This document shows positions 52,901 through 63,791 of a DNA stretch of 64,000 nt, piece by piece (within the stretch, counting starts at the first letter, position 1; the number at the start of each line of letters is the position of its first letter). Location: the NCBI GenBank assembly GCA_038205935.1, contig JBBRBK010000001.1, forward strand, positions 1-64,000, in the 5' to 3' direction. The position numbers and the translations under genes were made by a program. The notes below the pieces were generated by a model that saw only the letters and a list, made by a program, of their open reading frames with translations, made no database searches and had not been told where the DNA came from. Source of the DNA: Campylobacterales bacterium (GTDB taxonomy: Bacteria > Campylobacterota > Campylobacteria > Campylobacterales > Sulfurimonadaceae).

Positions 52901-53202
52901 AAAGAATATCTAGCGTTCTAGATACACACAAAGCAGAGGCGATAGAAGTTTTCGACCTTAAAGGAAAAGATTATTTTGTAGATTATGTTGTACTTGCATC
53001 ATCACTTGGACAGCGTCATACAGAAGCATTGTTAGAACACCTTAAAAAAGACCTCAAACGTGAAGAAGACTTCTTGTACATAGATGAAAGTAGTGACTGG
53101 ATTGTTGCCGATCTTGGCGATATTCTTATCCACATCATGACTCCGGAATTTCGTGTCAAATATGATATGGAAAGCTTCCTAAGCGAACTTAAAAGAGCGT
53201 AA
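52885..53202 (+). CDS. rsfS: Ribosome silencing factor RsfS
   Basis: WIVADLGDILIHIMTPEFR.KY motif; follows nadD; TTG start. Confidence 0.92.
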   Translation: MEKRLERISSVLDTHKAEAIEVFDLKGKDYFVDYVVLASSLGQRHTEALLEHLKKDLKREEDFLYIDESSDWIVADLGDILIHIMTPEFRVKYDMESFLSELKRA

Positions 53203-53213
53203 TCGCTCTTTTA
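53190..53213. terminator. Hairpin/bidirectional terminator spanning the rsfS and ymdB-family stop codons
   Basis: TAAAAGAGCG-TAAT-CGCTCTTTTA, 10-bp perfect stem. Confidence 0.7.
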
Positions 53214-54023
53214 CTCTTCCTCTTTCCAACACGAAGTGACTATCTTCGTTCCATTATCAAATATCTTCACTTTAAATGCATCTTTACATTTTCCATCACT
53301 AAGCTCATACACAACCATCTGAAGTATCTTTTTACAACTTTTTGGGATGTCGAAGTGCCCTTTTATACCCGTAAAAAAACTCTCTAAGGGTACTTTTTTA
53401 TCCATACCGATGATATTATCGCGACATCCTGTAAGACCTATATCACTGAGATATCCAGTACCTTTTGAGATTTGAAGATCATCACTACTCACATGTGTAT
53501 GTGTTCCACAAATCGCGCTCACACGGCCTTCAAGTAACATCATCATTCCACGTTTTTCACTTGATGCTTCAGCATGGATATCTAAAAAGATGTTTTTAAT
53601 TCCCTCTACATGTAAGGCTTTTACGCTCTCATCCGCACAGCGAAATGCATTCTCCACCAAAGGCATTCCGTAGTGTCCCATGATGTTGAGCACTGCGAGC
53701 TTTTCCTCGCCTACTTCATAGACTTTCAAGCCCGTTCCAGCCACACCTTGCGGATAGTTATGCGGGCGCAGTATCTCCATAAAATCAAAAAGTTCCACGA
53801 TCTCTTTTTTATCAAAAGTATGATTGCCCCCTGTCATAACATCTACACCTGATTTAAAAAGCTCTTCCGCGTTTTTCTTTGTAAGTCCAAACCCGTGTGA
53901 AGCGTTTTCATAGTTTGCAATGACAAAGTCAATGCCGTACTCTGCGCGGAGTTTTTTAAGATGATCTGCAATCATCACTCGTCCAGGACGTCCGACGATA
54001 TCGCCTATAAATGCTATTTTCAT
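53211..54023 (-). CDS. YmdB/TIGR00282-family metallophosphoesterase
   Basis: GDIVGRPG, NYENASHGFG, TGGNH, HAEASSEK and GTHTHV motifs. Confidence 0.93.
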   Translation of the reverse strand: MKIAFIGDIVGRPGRVMIADHLKKLRAEYGIDFVIANYENASHGFGLTKKNAEELFKSGVDVMTGGNHTFDKKEIVELFDFMEILRPHNYPQGVAGTGLKVYEVGEEKLAVLNIMGHYGMPLVENAFRCADESVKALHVEGIKNIFLDIHAEASSEKRGMMMLLEGRVSAICGTHTHVSSDDLQISKGTGYLSDIGLTGCRDNIIGMDKKVPLESFFTGIKGHFDIPKSCKKILQMVVYELSDGKCKDAFKVKIFDNGTKIVTSCWKEEE

Positions 54024-54026
54024 TAT

Positions 54027-57017
54027 TTATAAAACCTTTGGTTTTGAATTTCTAAGATAAAAGAGAGTTGCTTTTACGATATCATCATCATCTTTGCTTG
54101 AAGCCGTAATGGTCTCTTTTGAATCGTTTTGATAGATAAAAGTAATATTTTGCGCAAAAGAGGTAACTGTCTTTATCTTTTTACCAAGACTGAGAAGTTT
54201 AATGACCATCAACTCAAAAAACTGTTTTGTGACTTCATCAAGAGAGCCAAATCTATCAACTGTTTCCTCTTCTATCTCATATACTTCGGTGACATCTTCA
54301 GCCTGAGAAAGACGGCGGTACAAGTCAAGACGAAGTCTATCTTCACTCACAACCATATCCGAGATATATGCACTGATAGCGAGTTTAATATCCACTTTTG
54401 CTTTTTTCTCTTCGACTTTATTGCTGAGTTCTTTGATGGCATCTTCAAGCATTCGAAGGTAAAGCGAATACCCGATATTTTTGATATGTCCACTTTGTGC
54501 ATCACCCACAAGATTTCCGCCACCTCGGATTTCAAGATCGTGGTAAGCAAGAACAGAACCGCTTCCTAAAAAGGAGTTTGATTCAAGTGCAATAAGACGT
54601 TTTTTCGCTTCCTCGGTGATATTGTCCTTATCTTCAACAATAAAGTAAGCAAAACCTTCCACGTTTGAACGCCCTACTCGCCCGCGAAGCTGATGCAAAT
54701 CGGCAATCCCAAATCTATCCGCGCCATCGATGATCATCGTATTGACTGATGGCATATGAATACCCGACTCGATGATAGAAGTTGCTATCATCAAATCATA
54801 TTCACGATTTTCAAACTTTAAAAGCTCTTTTTCTGTATCAGCCGCTGAGATTTTAGAGTGCAACATCACCATTCGAAGTTCTGGCAAGATCGCTTTTAAT
54901 TCGCCGTATTTTATTGGCATATGGTCGATGGAGTTATGCACATAAAACACTTGTCCACCACGGCGAAGCTCACGAAGAATGACCTCTTTTACAAGTTTTT
55001 CATCATAGCTTTTTACAAATGTTCTTACACCTTGACGCTCCATTGGTGGTGTCTGAAGTGTGCTCATCGTTTTGATGGAGCTTAATGCTTGATTGAGTGA
55101 GCGCGGAATCGGAGTTGCCGACATCGAAAGCATATGGATGTTATTATAAAGCTCTTTTATTCTTTCTTTTTGCTTCACTCCAAATTTATGCTCTTCGTCT
55201 ACTATGACAAGTCCGAGTTTGGCAAATGAAACGCTAAAAATCGCATGCGTTCCAACAACGACATCAATAATCCCTTCTTTAAGAGCTATCTCAACATTTT
55301 TTCTCTCTTTAGCCGTAATAAAGCGGTCCAGTTTTGCGACACGTAGTCCAAGCGAATCAAATCTTTTTTCTAAAGATTTATAGTGCTGAGAACTAAGAAG
55401 TGTCGTCGGAACGATAATCGCACTTTGAAATCCAGACTTACATGTAGCATAAATGGCGTTCATAGCGACTTCAGTCTTTCCAAAACCGACATCACCACTG
55501 AGAAGTCTGTCCATAATGTGCCCGCTAGCCATCTCGCCGAGTATCTCATCGATGGACTGTTTTTGATCATCAGTGTACTCAAACCCCGCAGAGCTTTGAA
55601 ACTCTAGAATGAGCTTTTTGCTCATATCGATTTTTGGTGCTTTAATAAGTGCGCGCGCTGCGGCTGTATTTACGATGGAAGCGGCTATTTCAAAGAGTTT
55701 GGTTCTTACACTTTCTTTAAGTTTTGCAAAACTTCCTTTTCCAAGGCGGTCTAAAACAGGAACAGAACCACCCCCTGCAATGTAGCGGTCGATGTAGTCG
55801 AGATTTTCAACTGGAAGCAGAACTTTATCATCACCGATGTAGCGGATAACGATGAAATCTTTTACGCCTCCAAGAATCTCCAATTGATCAATTTTTTCAA
55901 AGATACCAACGCCGTAATCTTCATGAACAACATAATCACCGGGTTTGAGATCATCAAGAAGGATGGAAGTTCTTCTGCGTCTGCGCTTTTTTTCAGGTTT
56001 GTTGAGTGAAATTATCAGTTCATCATCGCCGATAACATTTAAAATAAGCGGACTATAAAGAATCTCCACGCCTTTAAGATCAAAGAGCGCACTCTGTTTT
56101 ATCTGCGCTTCGTTTGAAGCGATAAGTGTGATCTTTTTTCTTTTATGTACATCTAAAATCGCTTTGGCATCGGTTACAATGAGCGGATGATAATTGTGTT
56201 CTTCAGGGATAATCTCAGCGTTGAAAAACTCTCTTGAGATTTGAGGATCGTTTAAACCATACGCTTCATCTAAAGAGTTTTGCATCTTAGAAATTAGCAT
56301 CATCTTTTTGTTTTCTAAAAAATTCTCGGCCATTTCATCAAGCAACCAAAAACCAAGAGAAGCAAGATCTTTAACAAAACTATCAGAATCACTCTCTTTT
56401 ATCTTCTCTCCAAGAGCTTCAAACTGTTCTTCATTAAGTGAATAAAAAGCAGCAGTAATCTCAAAACTTTCAAGCTCTTCGCCTAAAGTTCTCTGCGTTT
56501 CAAGCTCAAACTCTTTGATCTGCTCGATCTCATTATCAAAAAGTGAAACACGGATTGGATTTTCTGTGGAGGGCACATAGATGTCTATAATATCGCCGCG
56601 AAAAGAGATCTCTCCCTCCATCTGAACGATATCTACAAACTCATATCCCCAAAAGAACATCTGTTCTTTAAAGGCTTTTAACTCCAAAGTTCCGCCAAAT
56701 TCGATGCTTGTTGATTGGAGTGCTTCTGGTTTTGGTAAGGCAAAAAGAAGCGTTTTTAAAGGCGAGATGATAAGAGGTTTTTTCTTCGCTTTATAGTAGA
56801 TTCGAAGTGCAGAAAAAAGCTCAAAAAGCTCCTCTTTAAAAGGTCTGAGATCATCTTTAAATCTGGCACGAAAGTCTGGAAAAACAATATAGTCAAGTTT
56901 AAAAAACTTTGCAACATCAGCGAGTGATGCGGCTTCTTTTGCATCTTGAGCGATAAGCAGGTCTAAAGAGGGTTTTTTAGCGGTTTTGAGGTATTCAAAG
57001 AAACGGGTTTGTGACAA
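54027..57017 (-). CDS. mfd: Transcription-repair coupling factor
   Basis: DRLLSGDVGFGKTEVA, DEEHKFGV, SATPIPR and QLRGRVGR motifs; TTG 57017 preferred (AGGA upstream). Confidence 0.96.
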   Translation of the reverse strand: MSQTRFFEYLKTAKKPSLDLLIAQDAKEAASLADVAKFFKLDYIVFPDFRARFKDDLRPFKEELFELFSALRIYYKAKKKPLIISPLKTLLFALPKPEALQSTSIEFGGTLELKAFKEQMFFWGYEFVDIVQMEGEISFRGDIIDIYVPSTENPIRVSLFDNEIEQIKEFELETQRTLGEELESFEITAAFYSLNEEQFEALGEKIKESDSDSFVKDLASLGFWLLDEMAENFLENKKMMLISKMQNSLDEAYGLNDPQISREFFNAEIIPEEHNYHPLIVTDAKAILDVHKRKKITLIASNEAQIKQSALFDLKGVEILYSPLILNVIGDDELIISLNKPEKKRRRRRTSILLDDLKPGDYVVHEDYGVGIFEKIDQLEILGGVKDFIVIRYIGDDKVLLPVENLDYIDRYIAGGGSVPVLDRLGKGSFAKLKESVRTKLFEIAASIVNTAAARALIKAPKIDMSKKLILEFQSSAGFEYTDDQKQSIDEILGEMASGHIMDRLLSGDVGFGKTEVAMNAIYATCKSGFQSAIIVPTTLLSSQHYKSLEKRFDSLGLRVAKLDRFITAKERKNVEIALKEGIIDVVVGTHAIFSVSFAKLGLVIVDEEHKFGVKQKERIKELYNNIHMLSMSATPIPRSLNQALSSIKTMSTLQTPPMERQGVRTFVKSYDEKLVKEVILRELRRGGQVFYVHNSIDHMPIKYGELKAILPELRMVMLHSKISAADTEKELLKFENREYDLMIATSIIESGIHMPSVNTMIIDGADRFGIADLHQLRGRVGRSNVEGFAYFIVEDKDNITEEAKKRLIALESNSFLGSGSVLAYHDLEIRGGGNLVGDAQSGHIKNIGYSLYLRMLEDAIKELSNKVEEKKAKVDIKLAISAYISDMVVSEDRLRLDLYRRLSQAEDVTEVYEIEEETVDRFGSLDEVTKQFFELMVIKLLSLGKKIKTVTSFAQNITFIYQNDSKETITASSKDDDDIVKATLFYLRNSKPKVL

Positions 57018-57085
57018 AACTGATCCTGTTGGGGACTTTTTCAAGCCCTAAAAATTGGCGTAATTTTAGCATAACTCTTCTGTTT

Positions 57086-58243
57086 TTAAAGTTTTTGCCA
57101 CTCTTTCAAAAAGGTTTCAGCAACACTAAAGGAACCGAAAACGAGATAGTTTTTATCCGCTTGAACTCCCTTATACTCTTTACATGTAAGCTTTAATTCT
57201 TCTAATGCTTGCACTAAAAGAGATTGCTCAACAATGCGTAAATCGCTTACATGTAAGAGTTCAACATCTTCGATAATAGGCTTTAATAGAGTCAAAATAG
57301 TTTTAAAATCTTTATCTTTATAAGTGTTGTAGATGAGTGTAAACTTTTGCCCCTCAAGTGTTTTTGCTATTGCTTGCGCAGCAAGTGCGTTATGTCCTAC
57401 ATCAACCAGAATATTTGGAGCGATTTGAGTCAGTCGTCCAAAGAGTCTGGCATCTTTAAAATCATCTGCGCTAAACTCAAACCCAAGTTTTTCGAGTGCA
57501 CAAGCCGCTAAAGCGAGATTATCGCTCAAATATTTTGGTAGATACATCGCTTCACTGATGGCAGAAATTTTTATTCCAAAACTCACATCACTCTCTTTTA
57601 AAAATGAGAGTTTTGTACCTTTACAAGAGGCTATTTTTTTTGCTATCTCATACACTTCATCATGCTTTTGCAAACCGATGATGGCATTTTTTTGCATAGC
57701 ATTGAGTTTTGTGGTAGCTATTTTCTCTATACTCTCGCCCAAAAAGGCAGTGTGATCAAAATCGATGGGAGTAAAAAGGGTAAGTTCTTTAGCAAATGCA
57801 GCCGTCGCATCATACTCCCCGCCAAGTCCTGCTTCGAGTACAACATACTCACACTCTGCAAATGCTACCATTGCCAAAAGTGTCGTGTACTCAAAATAAC
57901 TGAGACGCTCGGCATCTGGCTTTTCTAACAAAGCGAAAAGTTTGTGATGTACATCTTCCAAAGCTTCATCTGTAATATCTGCACCATTAAGCCAGATTCG
58001 CTCATTAAATTTTAAAATATGTGGCGAAGTATAATGGCCTACTTTTAAACCTTTATTTAAGAGTGCCGAAGCTAAAAAACGCCCCGTCGTTCCTTTACCG
58101 TTTGTACCAATAAGATGTATGATTTTAGGAGTTGGCAAAAAGGAGTGAATTTTTTTATAAACACGAGGCATCCGCTCATAATCTATCTCGTCATAATAGA
58201 GTGGTTTTTCCTCTAAAAAATCGTTTAAAGCGGCAATACTCAA
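57086..58243 (-). CDS. folC: Folylpolyglutamate synthase/dihydrofolate synthase
   Basis: GTNGKGTT, YTSPH, EAGLGG, DVGHN and FGSF motifs. Confidence 0.95.
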   Translation of the reverse strand: MSIAALNDFLEEKPLYYDEIDYERMPRVYKKIHSFLPTPKIIHLIGTNGKGTTGRFLASALLNKGLKVGHYTSPHILKFNERIWLNGADITDEALEDVHHKLFALLEKPDAERLSYFEYTTLLAMVAFAECEYVVLEAGLGGEYDATAAFAKELTLFTPIDFDHTAFLGESIEKIATTKLNAMQKNAIIGLQKHDEVYEIAKKIASCKGTKLSFLKESDVSFGIKISAISEAMYLPKYLSDNLALAACALEKLGFEFSADDFKDARLFGRLTQIAPNILVDVGHNALAAQAIAKTLEGQKFTLIYNTYKDKDFKTILTLLKPIIEDVELLHVSDLRIVEQSLLVQALEELKLTCKEYKGVQADKNYLVFGSFSVAETFLKEWQKL

Positions 58244-59778
58244 GACTCGACTCTATTCCTACCATTTTGTTTTGCGATATAAAGTTTTTCATCTGCTGAA
58301 TTAATTGCAGCCTTGTGTGAAGGAAATTTTGATCTCATACTTACTCCCGCACTTAGAGTCACATCGATACGCTGGTTTTGATACATGAATTTTGCTTCTT
58401 CTACATGTGCACGCACTTTCTCCGCAAAAATAACCCCACCTTCAAGGTCAGTCTCACTCAAAATAGCTAAAAACTCTTCTCCACCATATCTTCCGACAAT
58501 GTCAACAGTCCTGCAATCTTTTTTTAAAATCGCCGCAAAAGCAGTCAAAACAGCATCACCTGCTTCATGTCCAAACGTATCATTAACTTTTTTAAAATGG
58601 TCGATATCAAGCATTACAACACTGTAGTTGCGCCCATATCGTGTAAACTCATTCTCTTTTATCACCATATAATCATCAAGCGCTCGTCTGTTAAACAACT
58701 TAGTTAAAAAATCCTCGCGCGAACTTTGTTTCGCATCTTCGAGCTCTTTTTCTAATCCCTCTATCTTTTTACCCAAAAGCTTTACTTCATTGTCGTGTGC
58801 TTTGAGGTCTTTACTGAGTGCTACAGTATTTTCTTCGAGTGCGACTGCAATGGTATAGAGTCTGTTATGTGCTGTTTTAAAATCAAGATTATTTTCTTTA
58901 TTGAGATTTTCAAGATCTCTTTTTATATCTTTAATCTCTGTATTTGACTGATCCGATTTTTCTATCATCCCGATAAGCTGAAGTGATAATTTATCGAGTA
59001 CACTATCAAGAGATCGGAACATCGCTTTTAATGTATTTTTATCTAGTGCAATACGAAGTTTTATAGCAGCTTTTAGCTCTTGTTCTATCGAGTGCATAGT
59101 AAGAATTTCAGGATTTTTTCTAAGGCTATCACTGATTTTTGCTATTTTTTCATTGATACTTGAAGCAATAGAAGGGACAAGTGAAGCGATGATAATAGCG
59201 GCAATCTGTTTTAAATTTCCCTCTTTTGTAATACTTTTTCCCTCACTCAAACTTTCAATCGTGCTCTTTAAATCCTTATAATATACTTTTCCCATTGATT
59301 TAAGATGATTAAAAAATGAATCATCATAATTCGTAATAAAGTTTACCCAAGCTTGACGATAGGTCGAAAATTGCTCTTTTGACGCGTTGGGAATACTGAG
59401 AAGATCTATACTTTTTCTGGCAAGTTCAGAGGCTTCTTTGTTATGAAGAAGTTCAACTGTCTCTAGTATCCGTTTAGTTAAAAGTTGATTTTCAATCAAA
59501 AGCTCTGCACAATTAGTAGGATTCATGCGGTTGAGTTTGGATATAAGATAACGCATAAGTTCTTGAGTAGTTTTAAGACGATACTGCTTGAGCTCAACTT
59601 GAAACTCATTATTAAGAGTTTTTGCATATTTATCGACTTGATTGCACTCTTCTATAATCATGCCGGCGAGTTTTGCTTCTTTACAAAATGCCTCCGCATA
59701 ATACTCTGGAGTTAAAAGTTTATTTTCATCTTTTAGTCTCTCTATAGCTTTTTTTATAATCCCGTTAATCGTCATCAT
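58240..59778 (-). CDS. Cytoplasmic diguanylate cyclase (helical/coiled-coil N-terminus + GGDEF)
   Basis: DFLTKLFNRR, DIDHFKKVNDTFGH, RTVD I-site and GGEEF; no transmembrane segment. Confidence 0.92.
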   Translation of the reverse strand: MMTINGIIKKAIERLKDENKLLTPEYYAEAFCKEAKLAGMIIEECNQVDKYAKTLNNEFQVELKQYRLKTTQELMRYLISKLNRMNPTNCAELLIENQLLTKRILETVELLHNKEASELARKSIDLLSIPNASKEQFSTYRQAWVNFITNYDDSFFNHLKSMGKVYYKDLKSTIESLSEGKSITKEGNLKQIAAIIIASLVPSIASSINEKIAKISDSLRKNPEILTMHSIEQELKAAIKLRIALDKNTLKAMFRSLDSVLDKLSLQLIGMIEKSDQSNTEIKDIKRDLENLNKENNLDFKTAHNRLYTIAVALEENTVALSKDLKAHDNEVKLLGKKIEGLEKELEDAKQSSREDFLTKLFNRRALDDYMVIKENEFTRYGRNYSVVMLDIDHFKKVNDTFGHEAGDAVLTAFAAILKKDCRTVDIVGRYGGEEFLAILSETDLEGGVIFAEKVRAHVEEAKFMYQNQRIDVTLSAGVSMRSKFPSHKAAINSADEKLYIAKQNGRNRVES

Positions 59779-60302
59779 TCAGCCTTTTTTGCGCGAGCTC
59801 CCTGAGCAGAGACTTTGGCTACAAAAGAGGAGATAGCTTTTGTAGCACCATTTTGAATCGCTTCAAAACGGATCTGATCAGATATTATAGCATTTGCTTC
59901 GATGGAAAAATCATAATTTCCAGAGACATCATATTGCTTCACGATTCCTTCATGAGTACTTGTGATATGTAAATAAATAACTGTTCTATATCCTATTACA
60001 TATCCGTTTGTATCATACTGCATAGGAGTGTAGATGACATTTTTAAGTGTGATGACAAGATGCGTTGTAGAGTGAGCTCTGTCAGTCAAAGAGGTTTGAA
60101 AACTTTTGATAACTGCAGTATCTACAGCATCTTTTATTGAAACTGTATTTTGAGGATCGACCGCAGATATGATCACTTGTGTACTTACTTTATCCCCCAC
60201 GACTTCACGTGCGAATTTTGAGCTTGGAAGGTAGCCACAACCGCTTAAAATACCTACATGTAAGGCCAAAATTAGTATCACAGAAGCTCTTACATGTTGC
60301 AT
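59775..60302 (-). CDS. lptE: LPS assembly lipoprotein LptE
   Basis: Lipobox LSGC followed by GY; YDTNGYV motif; directly after leuS as in many proteobacteria. Confidence 0.8.
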   Translation of the reverse strand: MQHVRASVILILALHVGILSGCGYLPSSKFAREVVGDKVSTQVIISAVDPQNTVSIKDAVDTAVIKSFQTSLTDRAHSTTHLVITLKNVIYTPMQYDTNGYVIGYRTVIYLHITSTHEGIVKQYDVSGNYDFSIEANAIISDQIRFEAIQNGATKAISSFVAKVSAQGARAKKAE

Positions 60303-60305
60303 TTT

Positions 60306-62756
60306 TTATCCTTTTATAACAATGTTGACGAGTTTATTTGGAATCACGATCTCTTTTACGATCTCTTTATCTTCCAGCCATTTAGCGATGCTCTCTTTTG
60401 CAAGAGCTAAAATACTCTCTTGGCTATCACCTACGCTCACTTCAATTTCCGCGCGTTTTTTACCGTTGACTGAGACACCCATATTGACACTCTCTACTTC
60501 AAACACTTCATCTATGATTTTTTGAGGTACAAGGTTCTTACATGTAAAGAGTTTCGAGCTTAGTTCCCAACAGATATGCGGCACAACAGGTTCCATTATA
60601 GATAAAAGGATCCAATATCCTTCTGTCCAAACATCTTTGTTTTCTTGTGCGCCAAGCGCGTTCATCGCTTCCATAACACCAGCTATCATCGTGTTGAAAG
60701 TGTAACGTTCTGTGTAAACTTCTTCAGCTCTTTGCAATGCTTCATACACTTTTTTACGAGCAAATTTTTCCTCTTTACTCAAAGTTGCATGATTAACGAT
60801 TGGCAAAGTTTTAGAGATATTTGCTTTTGAACTTCGATCATAAAAACGTTTTAAAAATCTAAATGCACCCTCTACAGCACTGTCATTCCACTCTAACTCT
60901 TGAGTCGGAGGTGCGGCAAAAAGGATAAAAAGTCTTGCCGTATCTGCACCATATTTTTCGATCAAGGCATCAGGATCGACGGTATTGCCTTTTGACTTAC
61001 TCATTTTTGAACCGTCTTTAAGAACCATTCCTTGTGTTAAAAGTTTTTCAAACGGTTCACTGTTTTCAATATACCCGAGATCACGAAGAACTTTTGTAAA
61101 AAATCTCGCATATAAAAGGTGTAAGATCGCATGTTCAATCCCACCGATATAATGGTCAACTCCCATCCAGTAATCAACCTCTTTTTTATCAAACCCTTTT
61201 TCATTCCACGTAGCCTTGGAAGCCGTATAACGTAAAAAATACCAAGAAGATTCCACAAAAGTATCCATAGTATCGGTTTCACGAAGCGCATCGCCATGAC
61301 ATGTAGGACATTTACAATGCTTCCAAGTTGGATGATTTGCTATTGGATTACCCTCGCCTGTAAACTCTACGTCTTCAGGAAGCGTGATAGGAAGATTCTC
61401 TTTTTTCTCAGCCACTGTGCCACATGTGTCACAGTGGATCAAAGGAATCGGCGCGCCCCAATATCTCTGCCTAGAGATTCCCCAATCTTTGAGACGGAAA
61501 TTGATCACTTTTTTTCCGATACTTTTTTCTTCAAAAAGATCCATAACTTTTTGTTTTGCATCAGTTGAAGAGACACCGTCAAACTCCGCAGAGTTAAAAA
61601 GCACACCTGCCTCAGTGAATGCAGAGTCAGTCGGAAGTTCACCTTCAAGCGGTTTGATAACTGAGTGGATAGGAAGATCGTATTTTTTTGCAAATTCATA
61701 ATCTCTATCATCATGTGCAGGAACAGCCATAACCGCGCCACTGCCGTAATCCATCAAAACAAAATTCGCAATCCAAACAGGAATGCTTTTCCCCGTTAAA
61801 GGATGAAGCACATTGATCCCAAGCGAGATACCTTGTTTATCTTTTTGACGGTCAATATTATTTGAGTTTTTCATGTGACGGATAAGCGTTGTAGTCTCTT
61901 CGCTGAGCAAAGAGTTTTCAAGCATATACGTGACTATCTCATGCTCAGGAGCAAGCGCTGTATAACTTACGCCATAAATGGTATCTGGTCGTGTCGTGAA
62001 AACATCAAATTTCTCAAAGTTTCCACCTAAAAGTTTCTTACTTGACTCATCAAAATAAAGATCAAATTCTAAGCCTGTAGATTTTCCTATCCAATTTTCC
62101 TGCATAGTCAAAACTTGTTTTGGCCAGCCATTTTCAAGAAGTTTGAGATCGCTTAGGAGTTCATCTGCGTAATCAGAAATTTTAAGATAGTACTGAAACA
62201 TCTCTTTTTTAACAACTTCTGTTTCGCATCTCCAACAACAGCCATCTATGACCTGCTCATTTGCAAGAACAGTCTGATCATGCGGACACCAGTTTAAAAA
62301 ACCTTTTTTGCGGTACAAAAGTCCTTTTTCGAACATATCGATGATAAAGCCCTGCTCAAACTTTGTATAGAGTGGATCACTTGTAGCAAAATCACGCTCT
62401 GCAGAAAAAGAAAGTCCTAGAGTAGAAAGCTCTTTACGCATATAATCTATATTTTCATAAGTCCATTTTTTAGGATGGATTCCGTTTTTGATAGCCGCAT
62501 TTTCAGCCGGCATACCAAAACTGTCAAATCCGATTGGATGCAGTACATTTAAACCCTGTTGGCGATAGTAGCGAGCAAAGGCATCGCCGATAGTGTAGTT
62601 TCTTACATGTCCCATATGCAATCTTCCACTTGGGAAAGGAAACATACTGAGTATGTATTTTTTATCTTTACTAAAATCATCACTTGGTTCAAAACTGGAG
62701 TTCTCACTCCAGAATTTTTGCCATTTTTTTTCTATCTCTGTCGGGGTGTATTGCAA
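60306..62756 (-). CDS. leuS: Leucine--tRNA ligase
   Basis: PSGRLHMGH (HIGH) and KMSKS motifs; [14 protein letters not shown] start. Confidence 0.98.
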   Translation of the reverse strand: MQYTPTEIEKKWQKFWSENSSFEPSDDFSKDKKYILSMFPFPSGRLHMGHVRNYTIGDAFARYYRQQGLNVLHPIGFDSFGMPAENAAIKNGIHPKKWTYENIDYMRKELSTLGLSFSAERDFATSDPLYTKFEQGFIIDMFEKGLLYRKKGFLNWCPHDQTVLANEQVIDGCCWRCETEVVKKEMFQYYLKISDYADELLSDLKLLENGWPKQVLTMQENWIGKSTGLEFDLYFDESSKKLLGGNFEKFDVFTTRPDTIYGVSYTALAPEHEIVTYMLENSLLSEETTTLIRHMKNSNNIDRQKDKQGISLGINVLHPLTGKSIPVWIANFVLMDYGSGAVMAVPAHDDRDYEFAKKYDLPIHSVIKPLEGELPTDSAFTEAGVLFNSAEFDGVSSTDAKQKVMDLFEEKSIGKKVINFRLKDWGISRQRYWGAPIPLIHCDTCGTVAEKKENLPITLPEDVEFTGEGNPIANHPTWKHCKCPTCHGDALRETDTMDTFVESSWYFLRYTASKATWNEKGFDKKEVDYWMGVDHYIGGIEHAILHLLYARFFTKVLRDLGYIENSEPFEKLLTQGMVLKDGSKMSKSKGNTVDPDALIEKYGADTARLFILFAAPPTQELEWNDSAVEGAFRFLKRFYDRSSKANISKTLPIVNHATLSKEEKFARKKVYEALQRAEEVYTERYTFNTMIAGVMEAMNALGAQENKDVWTEGYWILLSIMEPVVPHICWELSSKLFTCKNLVPQKIIDEVFEVESVNMGVSVNGKKRAEIEVSVGDSQESILALAKESIAKWLEDKEIVKEIVIPNKLVNIVIKG

Positions 62757-62819
62757 AAAAATCTCCTAATTAACAGTTGTTCATATTTCATTTTTTCCTC
62801 AAAAGTGAGGAAAGATTTA

Positions 62820-63791
62820 TCAGACGACTCCGCCTTCAAACTGGCTTCTCATCTTATCTTTTTCTATATCACGTTTTTTCGCATCTGCAAGCTTTGTTCT
62901 GTACTTTGTAACATCAAATCCAAACCATAGAAGCATTGGAGCTGCCACAAAGATTGAAGAATACGTCCCGATAACAACACCAATAAGCATTGTATATGAG
63001 AATGGATGAATGATTTCTCCGCCAAACATATAAAGAGTAAAAACCACTAAGAATGTCATAAGTGATGTTAGAACCGTACGAGAGAGTGTACGTGTAATAG
63101 AATCATTAATGACCTCTTTAAAGCTGTTTTCATTTGAACCCTCAATCCCCTCACGAATCCTGTCAAAGATGATAATAGTATCATTAAGTGAATATCCAAG
63201 AAGAGTCAATAAAGCGGCTAGTACATCCAAGTTTACTTCGACATTAAAAAATATAATAAAGCCGATCGCAATGGAAATATCATGCACCAAAGAAACAATC
63301 GATGCAACTGCAAAACGCCACTCAAATCGAAATGCGACATAGACTAAGATACCCAGAACTGCCAAAAGCATAGCTGTTATACCCTTCGTTCTTAGTTCAC
63401 TTCCAACTGCTGGACCAACCATATCTACACGTCTAATCTCAAAATCACCGGTTGGCTTGAGCATCTCTCTTGTAATATCACCAATATCTTTTCCAACATT
63501 AGTTGAAGAGGTTTTCATACGAATGATCACCTCATCATCAGAACCAAATTTTGAGATCACAGCACCATCATAAAGATGATTACTTGCAAGAACTTCTCTC
63601 ATCTTTTGGACAGGTGCTTCTTGTTTATACTGGACTTGAACAATTGTTCCGCCCTCAAAATCGATACCGTAATTGAGACCTTTTGTACCTATAAGAACAT
63701 AGGCCACGATGCTGAGTATCATCGAAATAGCAATGGCAAGATTTGCACGTTTCATAAAATCCAAGGTGCCTCTGTATTTAAAAAATTCCAT
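62820..63791 (-). CDS. secF: Protein translocase subunit SecF
   Basis: GIDFEGG, GYSLNDTIIIFDRIRE and GTYSSIF motifs. Confidence 0.97.
   Translation of the reverse strand: MEFFKYRGTLDFMKRANLAIAISMILSIVAYVLIGTKGLNYGIDFEGGTIVQVQYKQEAPVQKMREVLASNHLYDGAVISKFGSDDEVIIRMKTSSTNVGKDIGDITREMLKPTGDFEIRRVDMVGPAVGSELRTKGITAMLLAVLGILVYVAFRFEWRFAVASIVSLVHDISIAIGFIIFFNVEVNLDVLAALLTLLGYSLNDTIIIFDRIREGIEGSNENSFKEVINDSITRTLSRTVLTSLMTFLVVFTLYMFGGEIIHPFSYTMLIGVVIGTYSSIFVAAPMLLWFGFDVTKYRTKLADAKKRDIEKDKMRSQFEGGVV

Noticed and set aside
52885..62756. Frequent TTG/GTG start codons (rsfS, mfd, folC, leuS; also folB, ppx, rbfA, thrB)
   Set aside because: Common in Campylobacterota and not distinctive.
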